Sequence record: NZ_MK262712.1
Strand: one strand, 5' to 3'
DNA from: a plasmid
Length of the DNA stretch: 64,000 nt
Shown piece by piece: positions 10,506 to 20,756 of the stretch. The position numbers and the translations under genes were made by a program. A model generated the notes under the pieces. The model searched no databases. It saw nothing but the letters and a program-made list of their open reading frames with translations, and was not told the DNA's origin. Numbering within the stretch: the stretch's first letter is position 1; each line of letters opens with the position of its first letter.

Positions 10506-11747
10506 TCAGATAATGCCTTCCTTTTTTGCCAGTCCAAGCCAGTCTTTGAACTCTTCGAGAAGTTTTTCATACAACTCTTCGTCCTTTATGTGGGCAAAAT
10601 TATCGATCGCAAAAAAGTTGCTGTTGTCTACGCGACGGTCGCTAAAGGTGTCCAGCCTCTCCAGAATCCCATAATTTGATCCGCCCAGTCCCACGAACTT
10701 CCAGAAGACAGGATAGTTGGCTGAGCGGCGGATGGCCTCTTTAATTTCTCGTGTTTTGCTGATCCCGCCATCTGTAATGCACACGACAAAAACGGGTAGG
10801 GTGCTGTCCTTGAAATAATCGATAACCTCATTCATGACTGGCGGCTCATTGTTCGTCCCGCCAAGGCCGGGAAGGATTTCCCAGGCAGATCGTTTACCCG
10901 TGTTCTGAATTGCAGCAATGTATCCGTCAAGGTTGTCCAGTGTGACGTCAGGGTATTTCTTGTGACGCTCAGCAAAGCCCCATACATCCATCGTGCCGTC
11001 ATCATCGAACTGGACAGACAGGACAGCTATACGGTCAAGAACGGCCTGTACATGGCCTTTTTTAAACTGGCCGGTCATTGAGCCTGAGGCATCGAGAACA
11101 AAAGCGACTCGTGCTTCAACGGTATCCAGTTTGTGTTTTGCCAGTGAAATACTGGCTTTCTTAGCCAGGCTGATAAGCGCAGGCGCTTTACCTTCGAGTT
11201 TCTTTTCAAGGCTGATCCTGGCTGGTTGCGGTACAACTTCTGCTGCAGGTTCCACGTCCACACCATAGCTAACTGCCAGTGGCTCAAGCCCGCCATTAAA
11301 TCCCTGCCCAAGCGCCCTGAGCTTCCAGTTGCCCTGGTATCGGTAAACTTCCCCCATAATTACTGCCTTTTCTGTGCGGCCATTGAGATCGACAAAAAAG
11401 GTGGCCTGACTTTCAGCAGAAAGTTTCAGTTGCGCGAGGCCGCTTATCGTATCACTGCCATCTATCACCATAGTGATTGCAATCTTCTGAATCGTATCCG
11501 GGATCTGGTCAAGCGCAAAATGAACGACTGCGTACTGGTGACCGGGGTTGAGCTTCACACTGCCACCGGCGGCACTGAGATTGTTGTAAAAGATAAAATC
11601 GGCATCGCCTGTCACTTTTCCCTCAGCATTCAGCATAAACAGGCAAGTCTCAGGGGTACTGTGAAATCCAGGACTGGGGGGATAATCAAGCCGGAGAGTC
11701 AGTGTAGCTGTGTGAAGCGGAATGTTCTGTCCTGATTGTAATTGCAT
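10506..11747 (-). CDS. terF: tellurium resistance protein TerF (TerD domain + vWA domain)
   Basis: N-terminal TerD-family fold ([10 protein letters not shown]...GEVYRYQGNWKLRALGQGF). C-terminal vWA MIDAS signature (VLDASGSM). Confidence 0.75.
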   Translation of the reverse strand: MQLQSGQNIPLHTATLTLRLDYPPSPGFHSTPETCLFMLNAEGKVTGDADFIFYNNLSAAGGSVKLNPGHQYAVVHFALDQIPDTIQKIAITMVIDGSDTISGLAQLKLSAESQATFFVDLNGRTEKAVIMGEVYRYQGNWKLRALGQGFNGGLEPLAVSYGVDVEPAAEVVPQPARISLEKKLEGKAPALISLAKKASISLAKHKLDTVEARVAFVLDASGSMTGQFKKGHVQAVLDRIAVLSVQFDDDGTMDVWGFAERHKKYPDVTLDNLDGYIAAIQNTGKRSAWEILPGLGGTNNEPPVMNEVIDYFKDSTLPVFVVCITDGGISKTREIKEAIRRSANYPVFWKFVGLGGSNYGILERLDTFSDRRVDNSNFFAIDNFAHIKDEELYEKLLEEFKDWLGLAKKEGII

Positions 11748-11790
11748 TTAGGCTCCTTGTTGCCGGGTAAAGGGATCACTCAGCGGGTAG

Positions 11791-11813
11791 AAAAAACCCC
11801 GGACAGGCCGGGG
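11791..11813 (-). terminator. rho-independent terminator between terE and terF
   Basis: On the minus strand, stem CCCCGG/CCGGGG with a 5-nt loop is followed by TTTTTT. Confidence 0.45.
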
Positions 11814-11831
11814 TTTGGTTTTACTGGTTTA

Positions 11832-12407
11832 TCAGATGTTGATGCCGTGCTGGGTTGCCAGCGCAGCCAGGCCACCAGCAAAGCCCTGTCCTACAGCCTT
11901 AAACTTCCATTCCGCGCCATGGCGATACAGTTCACCGAAAATCATTGCGGTTTCAGTTGAGGCATCTTCTGACAGGTCAAAGCGTGCAATCTCGGAGCCA
12001 TTATCGTTGTTCACCACACGCATAAAGCTGTTACTGACCATGCCGAAATTTTGCTTACGGCTGTCTGCTTCATGAATGGTGACTGCGAATACGAGCTTCT
12101 TAACGTCTGCGGCCACTTTTGTCAGATCAATTTTGACCTGCTCATCGTCACCGTCGCCTTCACCGGTACGGTTATCACCCTGATGCTGTACTGCGCCATC
12201 CGGGCTGGTGGTGTTGTTATAAAATACGAAATGCGAATCGGACAGCACTTTACCGTTTTCGCCAACAAGGAATACTGATGCATCCAGATCAAATGCCTGA
12301 CCATCAGTAACGCGTGCATCCCAGCCCAGGCCAACCAGAGCAACATTCATGCTCGGGGCTTCTTTAGTCAGAGAAACATTACCGCCTTTAACGAGAGAAA
12401 CAGCCAT
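11832..12407 (-). CDS. terE: tellurium resistance protein TerE (TerD family)
   Basis: 191 aa. [13 protein letters not shown]...[13 protein letters not shown]...GELYRH match the TerD-family Ca-binding motifs. Confidence 0.85.
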   Translation of the reverse strand: MAVSLVKGGNVSLTKEAPSMNVALVGLGWDARVTDGQAFDLDASVFLVGENGKVLSDSHFVFYNNTTSPDGAVQHQGDNRTGEGDGDDEQVKIDLTKVAADVKKLVFAVTIHEADSRKQNFGMVSNSFMRVVNNDNGSEIARFDLSEDASTETAMIFGELYRHGAEWKFKAVGQGFAGGLAALATQHGINI

Positions 12408-12493
12408 TTTTTGCTCCTGCTAATCGTAGATATCGGGTCGTGGATATCGGGGGCATCACCCCCGAATGATTTGGGTAAGAAAGTTACTTTTTA

Positions 12494-13072
12494 TCAGGAC
12501 GCGTTGATGCCGTACTGAGCGCACACGGAAGCCAGTCCACCAGCATAACCCTGGCCAACCGCACGGAATTTCCATTCTCCGTTGTGACGATACAGCTCCC
12601 CAAACAGCATGGCAGTTTCAGTAGAAGCGTCTTCTGTCAGATCGTAGCGAGCAACTTCAGTCTGATTGTCATCATTCACCAGACGGATAAATGCGCCGGA
12701 AACCTGACCGAAGCTCTGGCGACGAGCCTGAGCATCATGGATAGTGACAACGAAAATAATTTTGTCGACATCCCCAGGTACCGCGTCCAGTTTGATTTTG
12801 AGGGATTCATCGTCGCCATCACCTTCACCGGTACGGTTATCACCGGTATGAGTAACGGAACCATCAGCAGATTTCAGGTTGTTATAGAAAATGAAATCTG
12901 CATCGCCACGAACCTTGCCATTGGCTGCCAGCAGAAATGCGGAAGCATCGAGGTCAAAGTCCTGACCGTCCGTAGAGCGTGCATCCCAGCCAAGGCCAAC
13001 CAGGACATTTTTCATGCTTGGCGCGGTTTTGCTCAGGGAAACGTTGCCGCCTTTAGAGAGTGAAACGCTCAT
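12494..13072 (-). CDS. terD: tellurium resistance protein TerD
   Basis: 192 aa. [15 protein letters not shown]...[13 protein letters not shown] and the remaining TerD hallmarks are present. Confidence 0.85.
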   Translation of the reverse strand: MSVSLSKGGNVSLSKTAPSMKNVLVGLGWDARSTDGQDFDLDASAFLLAANGKVRGDADFIFYNNLKSADGSVTHTGDNRTGEGDGDDESLKIKLDAVPGDVDKIIFVVTIHDAQARRQSFGQVSGAFIRLVNDDNQTEVARYDLTEDASTETAMLFGELYRHNGEWKFRAVGQGYAGGLASVCAQYGINAS

Positions 13073-13110
13073 CTATTTATCCTCTTTCGTTAATCATTAA
13101 TCAGCTGAGA

Positions 13111-14151
13111 TCAGCTTTCTTTATTTTCAGCTTCCGGCTTTTCCGGAAAGATGACACTGGCCAGAATACCAAGAGCCAGTACACCCAGTACAACATACAG
13201 GCTGGTGGTCGCAGACAGGCTGTAACCATGGTGCCAGATGTGATCGGTAGCGTTCAGACCCAGCTTAAACGCAATGAAGAACAGCAGGACGATAACAGCT
13301 TTCTCCAGCTGGGACAGATACTGTTTCAGGGCTTCCAGTACAAAATACAGAGTACGCAGGCCCAGTATTGCGAACATCATGGCGCTATAGACAATCAGAG
13401 GTTCACGACTGACTGCAATAATTGCCGGGACAGAGTCGAAGGCAAACATTACGTCAGAGAGTTCCACTACAGCCACACATAACATCAATGGGGTGGCGTA
13501 AAGCGCTGCCTTTTTCAGTCGCCCTACAGATACGTCTTTGTTTTCTGGCTTAGCCAGTTCGGCGTCCACTTCTTTTTGTGTCAGCAGGAATGCATGTCCG
13601 GACAGTTTCGGCCAAATCGGGAAGAAGCGTTTAACCAGGCGATAAGCAAGGTGCTGAGAATAATCCTCAATTTCGTCATCATCCCCACCGCCTTTGAGCA
13701 TCATGACCGCAGTCCAGGCAACAACAACGGCAAAGATCAGCTCGACATAAGGGCCAAGGCTAAGCAGACCGGTACCGATCGCAACGAAAATCCCCCGGAA
13801 AACGATAGCGCCAATGATCCCCCAGTACAGAACCCGGTGACGGTAACGGTCCGGAACTGAGAACCATGAGAAAATCGCCATCATGACAAACAGGTTATCA
13901 ACTGACAGCACCTTCTCAAGGGCATAACCCGTGACAAACAGGCTGGCAACCTCGGCTCCGTGATGCACAAAAAGGAAACCGGCAAATGCCATCGCGACAA
14001 CAACCCAGAAAACGGACCATAAGGCTGCGCTTTTGAGGGAAATTGGCTTGTCATGTCGGTGCATGAACAGGTCAATAAAGATGGCGCCGACCGACAGAGC
14101 AACAAAGACCGTCACTGTTTCAGCCGGAAAACCGATGTGAGTGGAAACCAT
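13111..14151 (-). CDS. terC: tellurite resistance integral membrane protein TerC
   Basis: 346 aa polytopic membrane protein. Position and size fit TerC. Confidence 0.85.
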   Translation of the reverse strand: MVSTHIGFPAETVTVFVALSVGAIFIDLFMHRHDKPISLKSAALWSVFWVVVAMAFAGFLFVHHGAEVASLFVTGYALEKVLSVDNLFVMMAIFSWFSVPDRYRHRVLYWGIIGAIVFRGIFVAIGTGLLSLGPYVELIFAVVVAWTAVMMLKGGGDDDEIEDYSQHLAYRLVKRFFPIWPKLSGHAFLLTQKEVDAELAKPENKDVSVGRLKKAALYATPLMLCVAVVELSDVMFAFDSVPAIIAVSREPLIVYSAMMFAILGLRTLYFVLEALKQYLSQLEKAVIVLLFFIAFKLGLNATDHIWHHGYSLSATTSLYVVLGVLALGILASVIFPEKPEAENKES

Positions 14152-14174
14152 ATCGTACCTTTATCCGTTGTTTA

Positions 14175-14630
14175 TCAGAGGCCAAATTCAGCCGGGTCGA
14201 AACCCAGCGAACGGGCAATTTCACGGACAGCACTCTTCTCATCATCATCGAAGTTGCCATCACTTTTAGCGACAGCAATACCGACACGAAGAGCCAGTTG
14301 AGCTGCCTCTGGCTGGTCTTTCAGGGCGAGGATATATTTCATCGTTTCGCCTTTTCCGATTTCCAGATCAAAGTCGAAACTGGTCACCAGCTTGTTAAAA
14401 AATTCGATAACTTCTGCTGTATCGAAGACTTTCAGCTCTTCTGAGGATCGCAGAAATCCAATCATCTTCTGTTTTTCTTCGGAGCTAACGCCGTCACTGG
14501 CAACAGCGATACGGGCGCATACCGCGACGGTACCCTGCATAAATTTCTTGTTTTTGTAACGGCCTACCTGGCGGGTCAATTCCTCACGACCCGAGGTCAA
14601 AGCCCCTTTGACTTTGTCGAAAAAACTCAT
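14175..14630 (-). CDS. terB: tellurite resistance protein TerB
   Basis: 151 aa from MSFFDKVKGALTSG. The upstream in-frame extension in the ORF track was ignored. Confidence 0.85.
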   Translation of the reverse strand: MSFFDKVKGALTSGREELTRQVGRYKNKKFMQGTVAVCARIAVASDGVSSEEKQKMIGFLRSSEELKVFDTAEVIEFFNKLVTSFDFDLEIGKGETMKYILALKDQPEAAQLALRVGIAVAKSDGNFDDDEKSAVREIARSLGFDPAEFGL

Positions 14631-14652
14631 TCTCATACCCTCATCATTGCGT

Positions 14653-15804
14653 TTATTTGGAACCTCTGGACCAGCGAAACCCCCAGCCAAAAGCGCGGTC
14701 CATTTCCTCCTGGCCTCTGAAGTACTGGTTAATACGTTCCACACGAATGGAACCGTTCTCGTTGACCAGACGGGCAATCGCACACAGCGTGCGTTTGTTA
14801 TCACCTTCAGTCAGACGCGTTTCAATCGGTGGTTGCTCCGGAACATGTAATGTCACCACGCCATCGGTTTTGTCCCAGCTGGGCACGCCCTGATAGATAA
14901 AGGCATATATCAGTACCTGGCGAATTTCTTTCCATTCGCGGCCATTGATGTGTAGCCATTCACCATCCAGAGCCTCGCCGGTACGATCATCACCCTGCAG
15001 TTGAACATATGGCTCAGAGTGATAGTTACCAAAAGCATTACCGAGTGCCTGAACAACTGACTTATAGCCATCTGCGAGCTCAACGAATGCACCGAGATCC
15101 AGGTCTATCGCTTTGTTCGAACCAAACATACCGCCCAGTAACCCGCCTGAACCCGAGCCACGATGCCAGTTCAGATTGATGCGGATTTCACCAAAATTGT
15201 CTTTTTTGGCAAGGCTGATGGCAGGCTTCTCTTTGGTCAGAGAAACTTTACTCAGGCTAACTTTAGGCGGAGCCGGAGGTGCTGGTGGCGGAGTGACTGG
15301 AGCTGGCTCATCCGCGACGTTGACGCCATAGTACTCAGCGAGAGGTTTCAGGCCGCCATTGAAGCCCTGGGCGATAAAACGAAATTTCCAGTCACCATTC
15401 CTGCGATAGACTTCACCGAGGATCAGAGCGGCTTCCTGACGGCCACTCAGTTCTACCTGACCACTGATCAGCGAGGTATTGCCACTTTCAATTTGTATGG
15501 ACAGATGATTCAGGGAGGAAACGGTATGACTGCCGTCACAGGTAACGGTGAAGGCGACTTTCTGCACGTCGGGCTTGAGGCGGGACAGATCAACGGTGAA
15601 AACGCTATTGGTCCCTTCAGCACTGAAGCTAATGGAACCATCTTCATTACGGGGTTGCCCGTAAAAGACCATATCGCTGTCACCCCGAACTTTCCCGTCA
15701 GCGAATAATCGAAACGCCGAAGCGTCAACAGGACCACCAGAAATGACCCTCACGCGGAGATCCTGAGCTATTAAAGGGGCATTGCCCCCCGGTGTCAGAT
15801 TCAT
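14653..15804 (-). CDS. terA: tellurite resistance protein TerA (TerD-domain protein)
   Basis: 383 aa with a TerD-like domain (GEVYRRNGDWKFRFIAQGF). Order Z-A-B-C-D-E-F is conserved. Confidence 0.85.
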   Translation of the reverse strand: MNLTPGGNAPLIAQDLRVRVISGGPVDASAFRLFADGKVRGDSDMVFYGQPRNEDGSISFSAEGTNSVFTVDLSRLKPDVQKVAFTVTCDGSHTVSSLNHLSIQIESGNTSLISGQVELSGRQEAALILGEVYRRNGDWKFRFIAQGFNGGLKPLAEYYGVNVADEPAPVTPPPAPPAPPKVSLSKVSLTKEKPAISLAKKDNFGEIRINLNWHRGSGSGGLLGGMFGSNKAIDLDLGAFVELADGYKSVVQALGNAFGNYHSEPYVQLQGDDRTGEALDGEWLHINGREWKEIRQVLIYAFIYQGVPSWDKTDGVVTLHVPEQPPIETRLTEGDNKRTLCAIARLVNENGSIRVERINQYFRGQEEMDRAFGWGFRWSRGSK

Positions 15805-16385
15805 GCTTTTACCACCGTACTTACGATATCGAATTGCATATCGTCGATTGTGCGGCCACCGCTTGCTTTACCGTGGGCGGTAAAATCCCAGTTTCCGTTG
15901 TTGCGGCGCAGGGAAGCGATGATGATACCCGTATGAGCACCTTGTTCCGTCAGCTGATAACGGGCCAGTTCTTTATTGGTCTGATCCACGACGCGACAGA
16001 AGGCGTTATCGACATCGTTGAAGGACTGCCCACGAAAGCTGTTCACGGTAAAGGCGAGGTATTCAACATTTGCCGGCAATTTTGTGAGATCTACGCGAAT
16101 GATTTCATCATCTCCATCCCCCTCACCCGTCAGGTTATCGCCGGAGTGGACGACAGACCCACAGCTGGATTTCAGTTTACGAAACCAGATGGTGTCAATT
16201 TTATTACCTGCGGCATCCAGAAGAACGCAACCTGCATCCAGGTCTATGGAATCATTGCCACCAAAAATGCTGCCAAATAATCCCTTTTTCTTAACAGGAT
16301 CCCAACCCAGTCCGAACTGAAGCTGGCTGAGAGCAGTGGATTGTTTGCTGAGTGATACTGTCTGGTTTTTACTTAAAGAAACCAT
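15801..16385 (-). CDS. terZ: tellurium resistance protein TerZ (TerD family)
   Basis: MVSLSKNQTVSLSK...[13 protein letters not shown]. Start set at the second Met, which has better spacing to AAGGA. First gene of the ter operon. Confidence 0.85.
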   Translation of the reverse strand: MVSLSKNQTVSLSKQSTALSQLQFGLGWDPVKKKGLFGSIFGGNDSIDLDAGCVLLDAAGNKIDTIWFRKLKSSCGSVVHSGDNLTGEGDGDDEIIRVDLTKLPANVEYLAFTVNSFRGQSFNDVDNAFCRVVDQTNKELARYQLTEQGAHTGIIIASLRRNNGNWDFTAHGKASGGRTIDDMQFDIVSTVVKA

Positions 16386-16696
16386 ATTCATTCCTTAAAA
16401 GGTATTGACTGGGTTTTTATAAAATTCATTTTCAAACAGAATGCATCTAAATCATATCATGACAAAGTTCACCCGCAAGGTAAAAACTGGTGGGTTTCTG
16501 GAATTTACGTTTCATTACATTGAGTGGGTAGGTAGTGGTTTGATGTATGTTATTGTTATTAAGTGGTTTTTGTGTTCTGGCCGGAAAGTCAAAAACAGCG
16601 AGTGATTATCATATTATGATTGACATGGCGCAGGTCAGTTCTTAGACTCATGTATTACAAAAATCTCATCCCCTTTTCAGGCGACAATTATAAAAA

Positions 16697-17755
16697 ATGA
16701 AAAAGAAAATTTGGTTTATGGAAGGGCTATCTTCCCAGCGAGACATTATCCTTGGAGTGAAATCATTTGCGGAAAAGGAAAATCAGGATATTGAAATCTT
16801 TTCTTCTCATCGCAACGAGAGGAAAGAGATCTTGTCTGTTTCCGATTTTTCAATGATCGAACCTAACAACGAAGAAGAACGTCTTTCTTTTATTCATTCC
16901 ATTACTGACACTCATGGTATTAATGCGATACATACTGGTCGCAACTGTAAATGGTTTGAAAGCCACCGGGAAAACATTCAACGTTCTGGTGTCCACCTGA
17001 CTACCGGGTCAACGGGGACTCACTGGTTTGAATTAGCCGATGAAAAAGTTACTTTTTCCGAGTTTATGGAAAAAAATGGACTTCCGGTTGTCCCGTCGGT
17101 TCGGGTAAAAAATGTAGACGAGCTTCGTACTCTGCTGAGTCATCCCCCTTTCCCTTCTGATTGCCTCTGCATTAAACCTGTTACAGGCATTTATGGCATG
17201 GGATTCTGGCGTTTTGATGACAATGTTTCCCCGGTAGCTTTTCTCAACAATCCTGATAGCCGTGTTATCCACCCATCACAGTTTCTGGCTGCTCATGCCC
17301 GGATGGACTGCTTTACTCCACAAGTACTGATGCCCTATTTACCCGGACCAGAATACTCTGTGGATATGGTGGTAAGTCAAGGCACGGTCCTGGCCGCTAT
17401 CGGGCGGCGTAAAGAAGGTGTGCTTCAGTATCTGGAAAATGAAGGGGAAGCGATTGAACTTGCCATCAACTGCGCCCGCCTAATGAACGCAGACGGCATG
17501 GTCAATGTACAGACTCGCCATAATGCCGAAGGCAAACCGCTATTGCTGGAAATTAACATGCGGCCTTCAGGAGGTATTGGTTATACGCGGTACAGTGGCG
17601 TGAATCTTCCGGGTCTGTATGCCTTCCATACACTTGGGCTGATGGATGATGATCAGGTCAGGCAGTCAGCGAAAACTGATTTTTCACCTGCAGTCGTCCG
17701 CTCTGTCACCGATGTCATTCTCTATCCGGCATCATTGACCAACAGAATTGATTAA
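16697..17755 (+). CDS. ATP-grasp domain protein (ter-linked biosynthetic module)
   Basis: 352 aa, divergent from terZ. ATP-grasp-like C-terminal region (LLEINMRPSGG). Gene context matches the ter-associated cluster. Confidence 0.6.
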   Translation: MKKKIWFMEGLSSQRDIILGVKSFAEKENQDIEIFSSHRNERKEILSVSDFSMIEPNNEEERLSFIHSITDTHGINAIHTGRNCKWFESHRENIQRSGVHLTTGSTGTHWFELADEKVTFSEFMEKNGLPVVPSVRVKNVDELRTLLSHPPFPSDCLCIKPVTGIYGMGFWRFDDNVSPVAFLNNPDSRVIHPSQFLAAHARMDCFTPQVLMPYLPGPEYSVDMVVSQGTVLAAIGRRKEGVLQYLENEGEAIELAINCARLMNADGMVNVQTRHNAEGKPLLLEINMRPSGGIGYTRYSGVNLPGLYAFHTLGLMDDDQVRQSAKTDFSPAVVRSVTDVILYPASLTNRID

Positions 17756-18909
17756 TGGAGACAGATATGTCAGCAATTGATGGTAATTTCGTTTATCAAA
17801 AGACATTATCCTGTGGGCGAATTGAGGTAAGCAGCGAGGAAACCGATTATCCTCTTACTGATCTCTTTGATATCGCCGAACGGCGGAATCCAAAACGTGC
17901 ATTTCTGTTTGTCAGTAAAGTGCTGGGTCGACATATTCCTGTCTCTCCTCTGGTCATGCGCAATGTTTATACACAGCTGGCGGAGAAGTTTCCCGGGACT
18001 CTGGACGGGCCGGTGGTATTTATCGGGATGGCTGAGACGGCTGTCGGCCTCGGGGCGGGAGTGTTTGATGAGGTGCGCAAGCATCACCCTGACTGTGTTT
18101 ATCTGACATCAACCCGCCATCCGGTCGATGCCGAACTGTTGTGCGAGTTTAAAGAAGAGCACAGCCATGCCACAGACCACCTGATCTACTATCCAGTTTC
18201 TGCGGCCATGCGGAAAACCGTAGCGGAGGCACAAACATTAGTGCTCGTGGATGATGAAGCCACGACGGGGAAAACGTTCCTCAATCTTCTCGCCTCATTA
18301 CGTGCATCGGGCGCACTCCGGAAGGTACGACGGGTTATTGCTGTCACGCTGACTGACTGGAGCGGAGAAGCACTCAGTCAGAACAGCCCCCTGCCCCTGC
18401 ATACAGTATCGCTCATCTCCGGCAACTGGCGCTGGACACCCGAACCGGATGCCCCGCTTCCTGTCATGCCCCAGGTAAATGTGACCTCCAGAGGGAACGT
18501 CCCGATCACAGGCAAACAATCCTGGGGGCGACTCGGGATGCAGATACCGGCGAGTGACCTGGGTCTCCAGGTTCAGGTTTCGCACGGTGAAAATATTCTG
18601 GTACTGGGCACCGGTGAATTTGTCTGGGAGCCGTTCCTGCTGGCTGAGCGACTTGAAGCGGCAGGTGCTCAGGTCGTGTTCAGTTCGACGACCCGCTCAC
18701 CGATTTCCACTGGTTATGCTATCCAGTCCGCCATTGCTTTCAGCGATAACTACGGACTGGGTATTCCAAATTATGTCTATAACGTTGCTCATCAGCAGTT
18801 TGACCGGATCCTGATTTGTTGCGAAACGCCAGCTTCCAGCGTGGACCCCCGGCTGCTTGAGGCGCTTTCCGCTGTTGCTCCCACCGTAGAGGTGATTACC
18901 TATGAATAA
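17755..18909 (+). CDS. phosphoribosyltransferase-like protein (ter-linked)
   Basis: Type I PRTase PRPP-binding motif LVLVDDEATTGKT. Coupled to the neighbouring genes (ATGA overlap). Confidence 0.6.
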   Translation: METDMSAIDGNFVYQKTLSCGRIEVSSEETDYPLTDLFDIAERRNPKRAFLFVSKVLGRHIPVSPLVMRNVYTQLAEKFPGTLDGPVVFIGMAETAVGLGAGVFDEVRKHHPDCVYLTSTRHPVDAELLCEFKEEHSHATDHLIYYPVSAAMRKTVAEAQTLVLVDDEATTGKTFLNLLASLRASGALRKVRRVIAVTLTDWSGEALSQNSPLPLHTVSLISGNWRWTPEPDAPLPVMPQVNVTSRGNVPITGKQSWGRLGMQIPASDLGLQVQVSHGENILVLGTGEFVWEPFLLAERLEAAGAQVVFSSTTRSPISTGYAIQSAIAFSDNYGLGIPNYVYNVAHQQFDRILICCETPASSVDPRLLEALSAVAPTVEVITYE

Positions 18910-19675
18910 GCCCGTCGTCTTCAGCGACCTCGATGACACCCTGTTCCAGACCCGCCGAAAAATGGTTGATGAACTTGCCCTTGAACCGTTCCGGACCGGC
19001 GCACTGGATCGCAGCCTCACGCCTCGCAGTTTTATGACCGAAGAGCAGGCCATGCTGGTGGACTGGTTGCTGGAACATGCGGACCTCATTCCGGTGACGG
19101 CCAGAGGTACGGAAGAAATCAGTCGGGTACAGATCCCCTTCCGTTCCTGGGCCGTGACCACTCATGGCGCGGTGATCCTTCGTCCAGATGGTACGCCAGA
19201 CAGCGACTGGAAAGCCCATATGCTGGAGTGCCTGTCCTCCTACGCCGACCGCTTAACATCAATGCAACATATCATCACCGAGCTCATGGATGCGCGAGGC
19301 ATTAATGCCTGGGCACGCCTCAACTACGAATATGAGGGTACACCGGTGTATCTGGTCATGAAGCACCGCGACAGCACGAAGCTTGATGAACTGAACGCTG
19401 TCGGGGATGAGATTGAGCGCGTTTTTTCGACCGAAGGGTTTTACATCCACCGTAACAGCAACAACATTGCCTGGTTACCCTGCCCGGTAGAAAAAGGGCT
19501 GGCCGTTTCATGGTTGCTGGAGAAACTGCGTCAGGAGCGCGGGGTTTTCCCGGTGATGGGGCTGGGTGACAGCCTGAGCGACCATCGGTTCATGAAACTC
19601 TGCAGCTGGTTTGGTCTTCCACGCCAGAGTCAGTTTGCCGAGGCCATATCACAGCGTATTTTTGGAGAGCAATAA
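18902..19675 (+). CDS. HAD-superfamily hydrolase (ter-linked)
   Basis: N-terminal DxD motif VVFSDLDDTLF. Overlaps the upstream gene by 8 nt. Confidence 0.65.
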   Translation: MNKPVVFSDLDDTLFQTRRKMVDELALEPFRTGALDRSLTPRSFMTEEQAMLVDWLLEHADLIPVTARGTEEISRVQIPFRSWAVTTHGAVILRPDGTPDSDWKAHMLECLSSYADRLTSMQHIITELMDARGINAWARLNYEYEGTPVYLVMKHRDSTKLDELNAVGDEIERVFSTEGFYIHRNSNNIAWLPCPVEKGLAVSWLLEKLRQERGVFPVMGLGDSLSDHRFMKLCSWFGLPRQSQFAEAISQRIFGEQ

Positions 19676-19676
19676 G

Positions 19677-20756
19677 ATGTCGCATTTTGCCCCGTTTTCT
19701 GGTTCCTATAAACCGGACGATGTTCACTTTTTGCTGAAACCCATTGTCATGGAGATGACACCGGTTGACCTGAAGGAAGAACTGATACAGTCAGGAAAAA
19801 TGCATTATTCCGACATGTTAAGCCAGGAACCAGAGCCGACCCGCTGGCACCTGGATCTTTTCACCCGTGCGCTTGACTCGGGAGCTGCACGTCTGGCACG
19901 GGAAGTCTCTCATCTTGCTCGTGAACTGGCCCGTCGTGCTGGCGATGAACCCATTGTCCTGGTCAGCCTGGTCAGGGCTGGTGTTCCACTGGGGGTCATG
20001 CTGCATCAGGCTCTGCGTGCGATGGGAAAACAGTCTTTCCACTACGGGATCAGCATTATCCGCGACAGGGGTATTGATGCTGCGGCGCTTGATTTTATCG
20101 AATCACGCCATGGTACTGATGGCATAGTGTTTGTCGACGGCTGGACGGGAAAAGGAGCTATTACCGGCGAATTATCCCGCACACTGAAGGACCGTCCCGG
20201 TTATCCGGAGCAGCCTCGACTGGTTGTGCTGGCTGACCCCTGCGGATGTGCCTGGCTTGCTGCCAGTGACGATGACTGGCTTATCCCGTTCGGTATCATG
20301 GGCGCGCCTGTCTCGGGTCTGATTTCGCGCTCTGTCTGGGCCGAAGAAGGCCTGCATGGCTGTGTGGTTTGCGATCACCTTCAGTCTTTTGAATGCAGCC
20401 AGATGCTGGTGGATACGGTAGCACATTTCCGTGAACAGCTTGACGGTAAACCCCTTCCCGCTTCTGGCTGGGACGCAGGGAAAAATGCCGCACGCTGGCA
20501 GCTGAGCAGAAAAGTTATCCAGAGCCTTGCTGCGCGTTATGAGGTGGACAGCATTAACCGCATTAAGCCGGGTATCGCTGAAGCGACGCGGGCGGTTCTG
20601 CGTCGTGTACCTGATCATGTTTTTGTTCGCCAGATGGATGACCCGGATGTTTCTCTTCTGGTTGGGCTGGCAAAAGAGAAAGGTATCCAGGTGACGGAAG
20701 CCGGGGATACGCTCGGTCAGTATCGTGCGGTTACCATTATCAAAAAGGTACGCTGA
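19677..20756 (+). CDS. second PRTase-like / StiP-type protein (ter-linked)
   Basis: Degenerate PRTase motif GIVFVDGWTGKGAITG. Start at ATG 19677, two bases after the upstream stop. Confidence 0.5.
   Translation: MSHFAPFSGSYKPDDVHFLLKPIVMEMTPVDLKEELIQSGKMHYSDMLSQEPEPTRWHLDLFTRALDSGAARLAREVSHLARELARRAGDEPIVLVSLVRAGVPLGVMLHQALRAMGKQSFHYGISIIRDRGIDAAALDFIESRHGTDGIVFVDGWTGKGAITGELSRTLKDRPGYPEQPRLVVLADPCGCAWLAASDDDWLIPFGIMGAPVSGLISRSVWAEEGLHGCVVCDHLQSFECSQMLVDTVAHFREQLDGKPLPASGWDAGKNAARWQLSRKVIQSLAARYEVDSINRIKPGIAEATRAVLRRVPDHVFVRQMDDPDVSLLVGLAKEKGIQVTEAGDTLGQYRAVTIIKKVR

Noticed and set aside
12122-15737. Numerous 60-180 aa ORFs antisense to ter genes
   Set aside because: They are shadow ORFs within well-supported ter coding regions.
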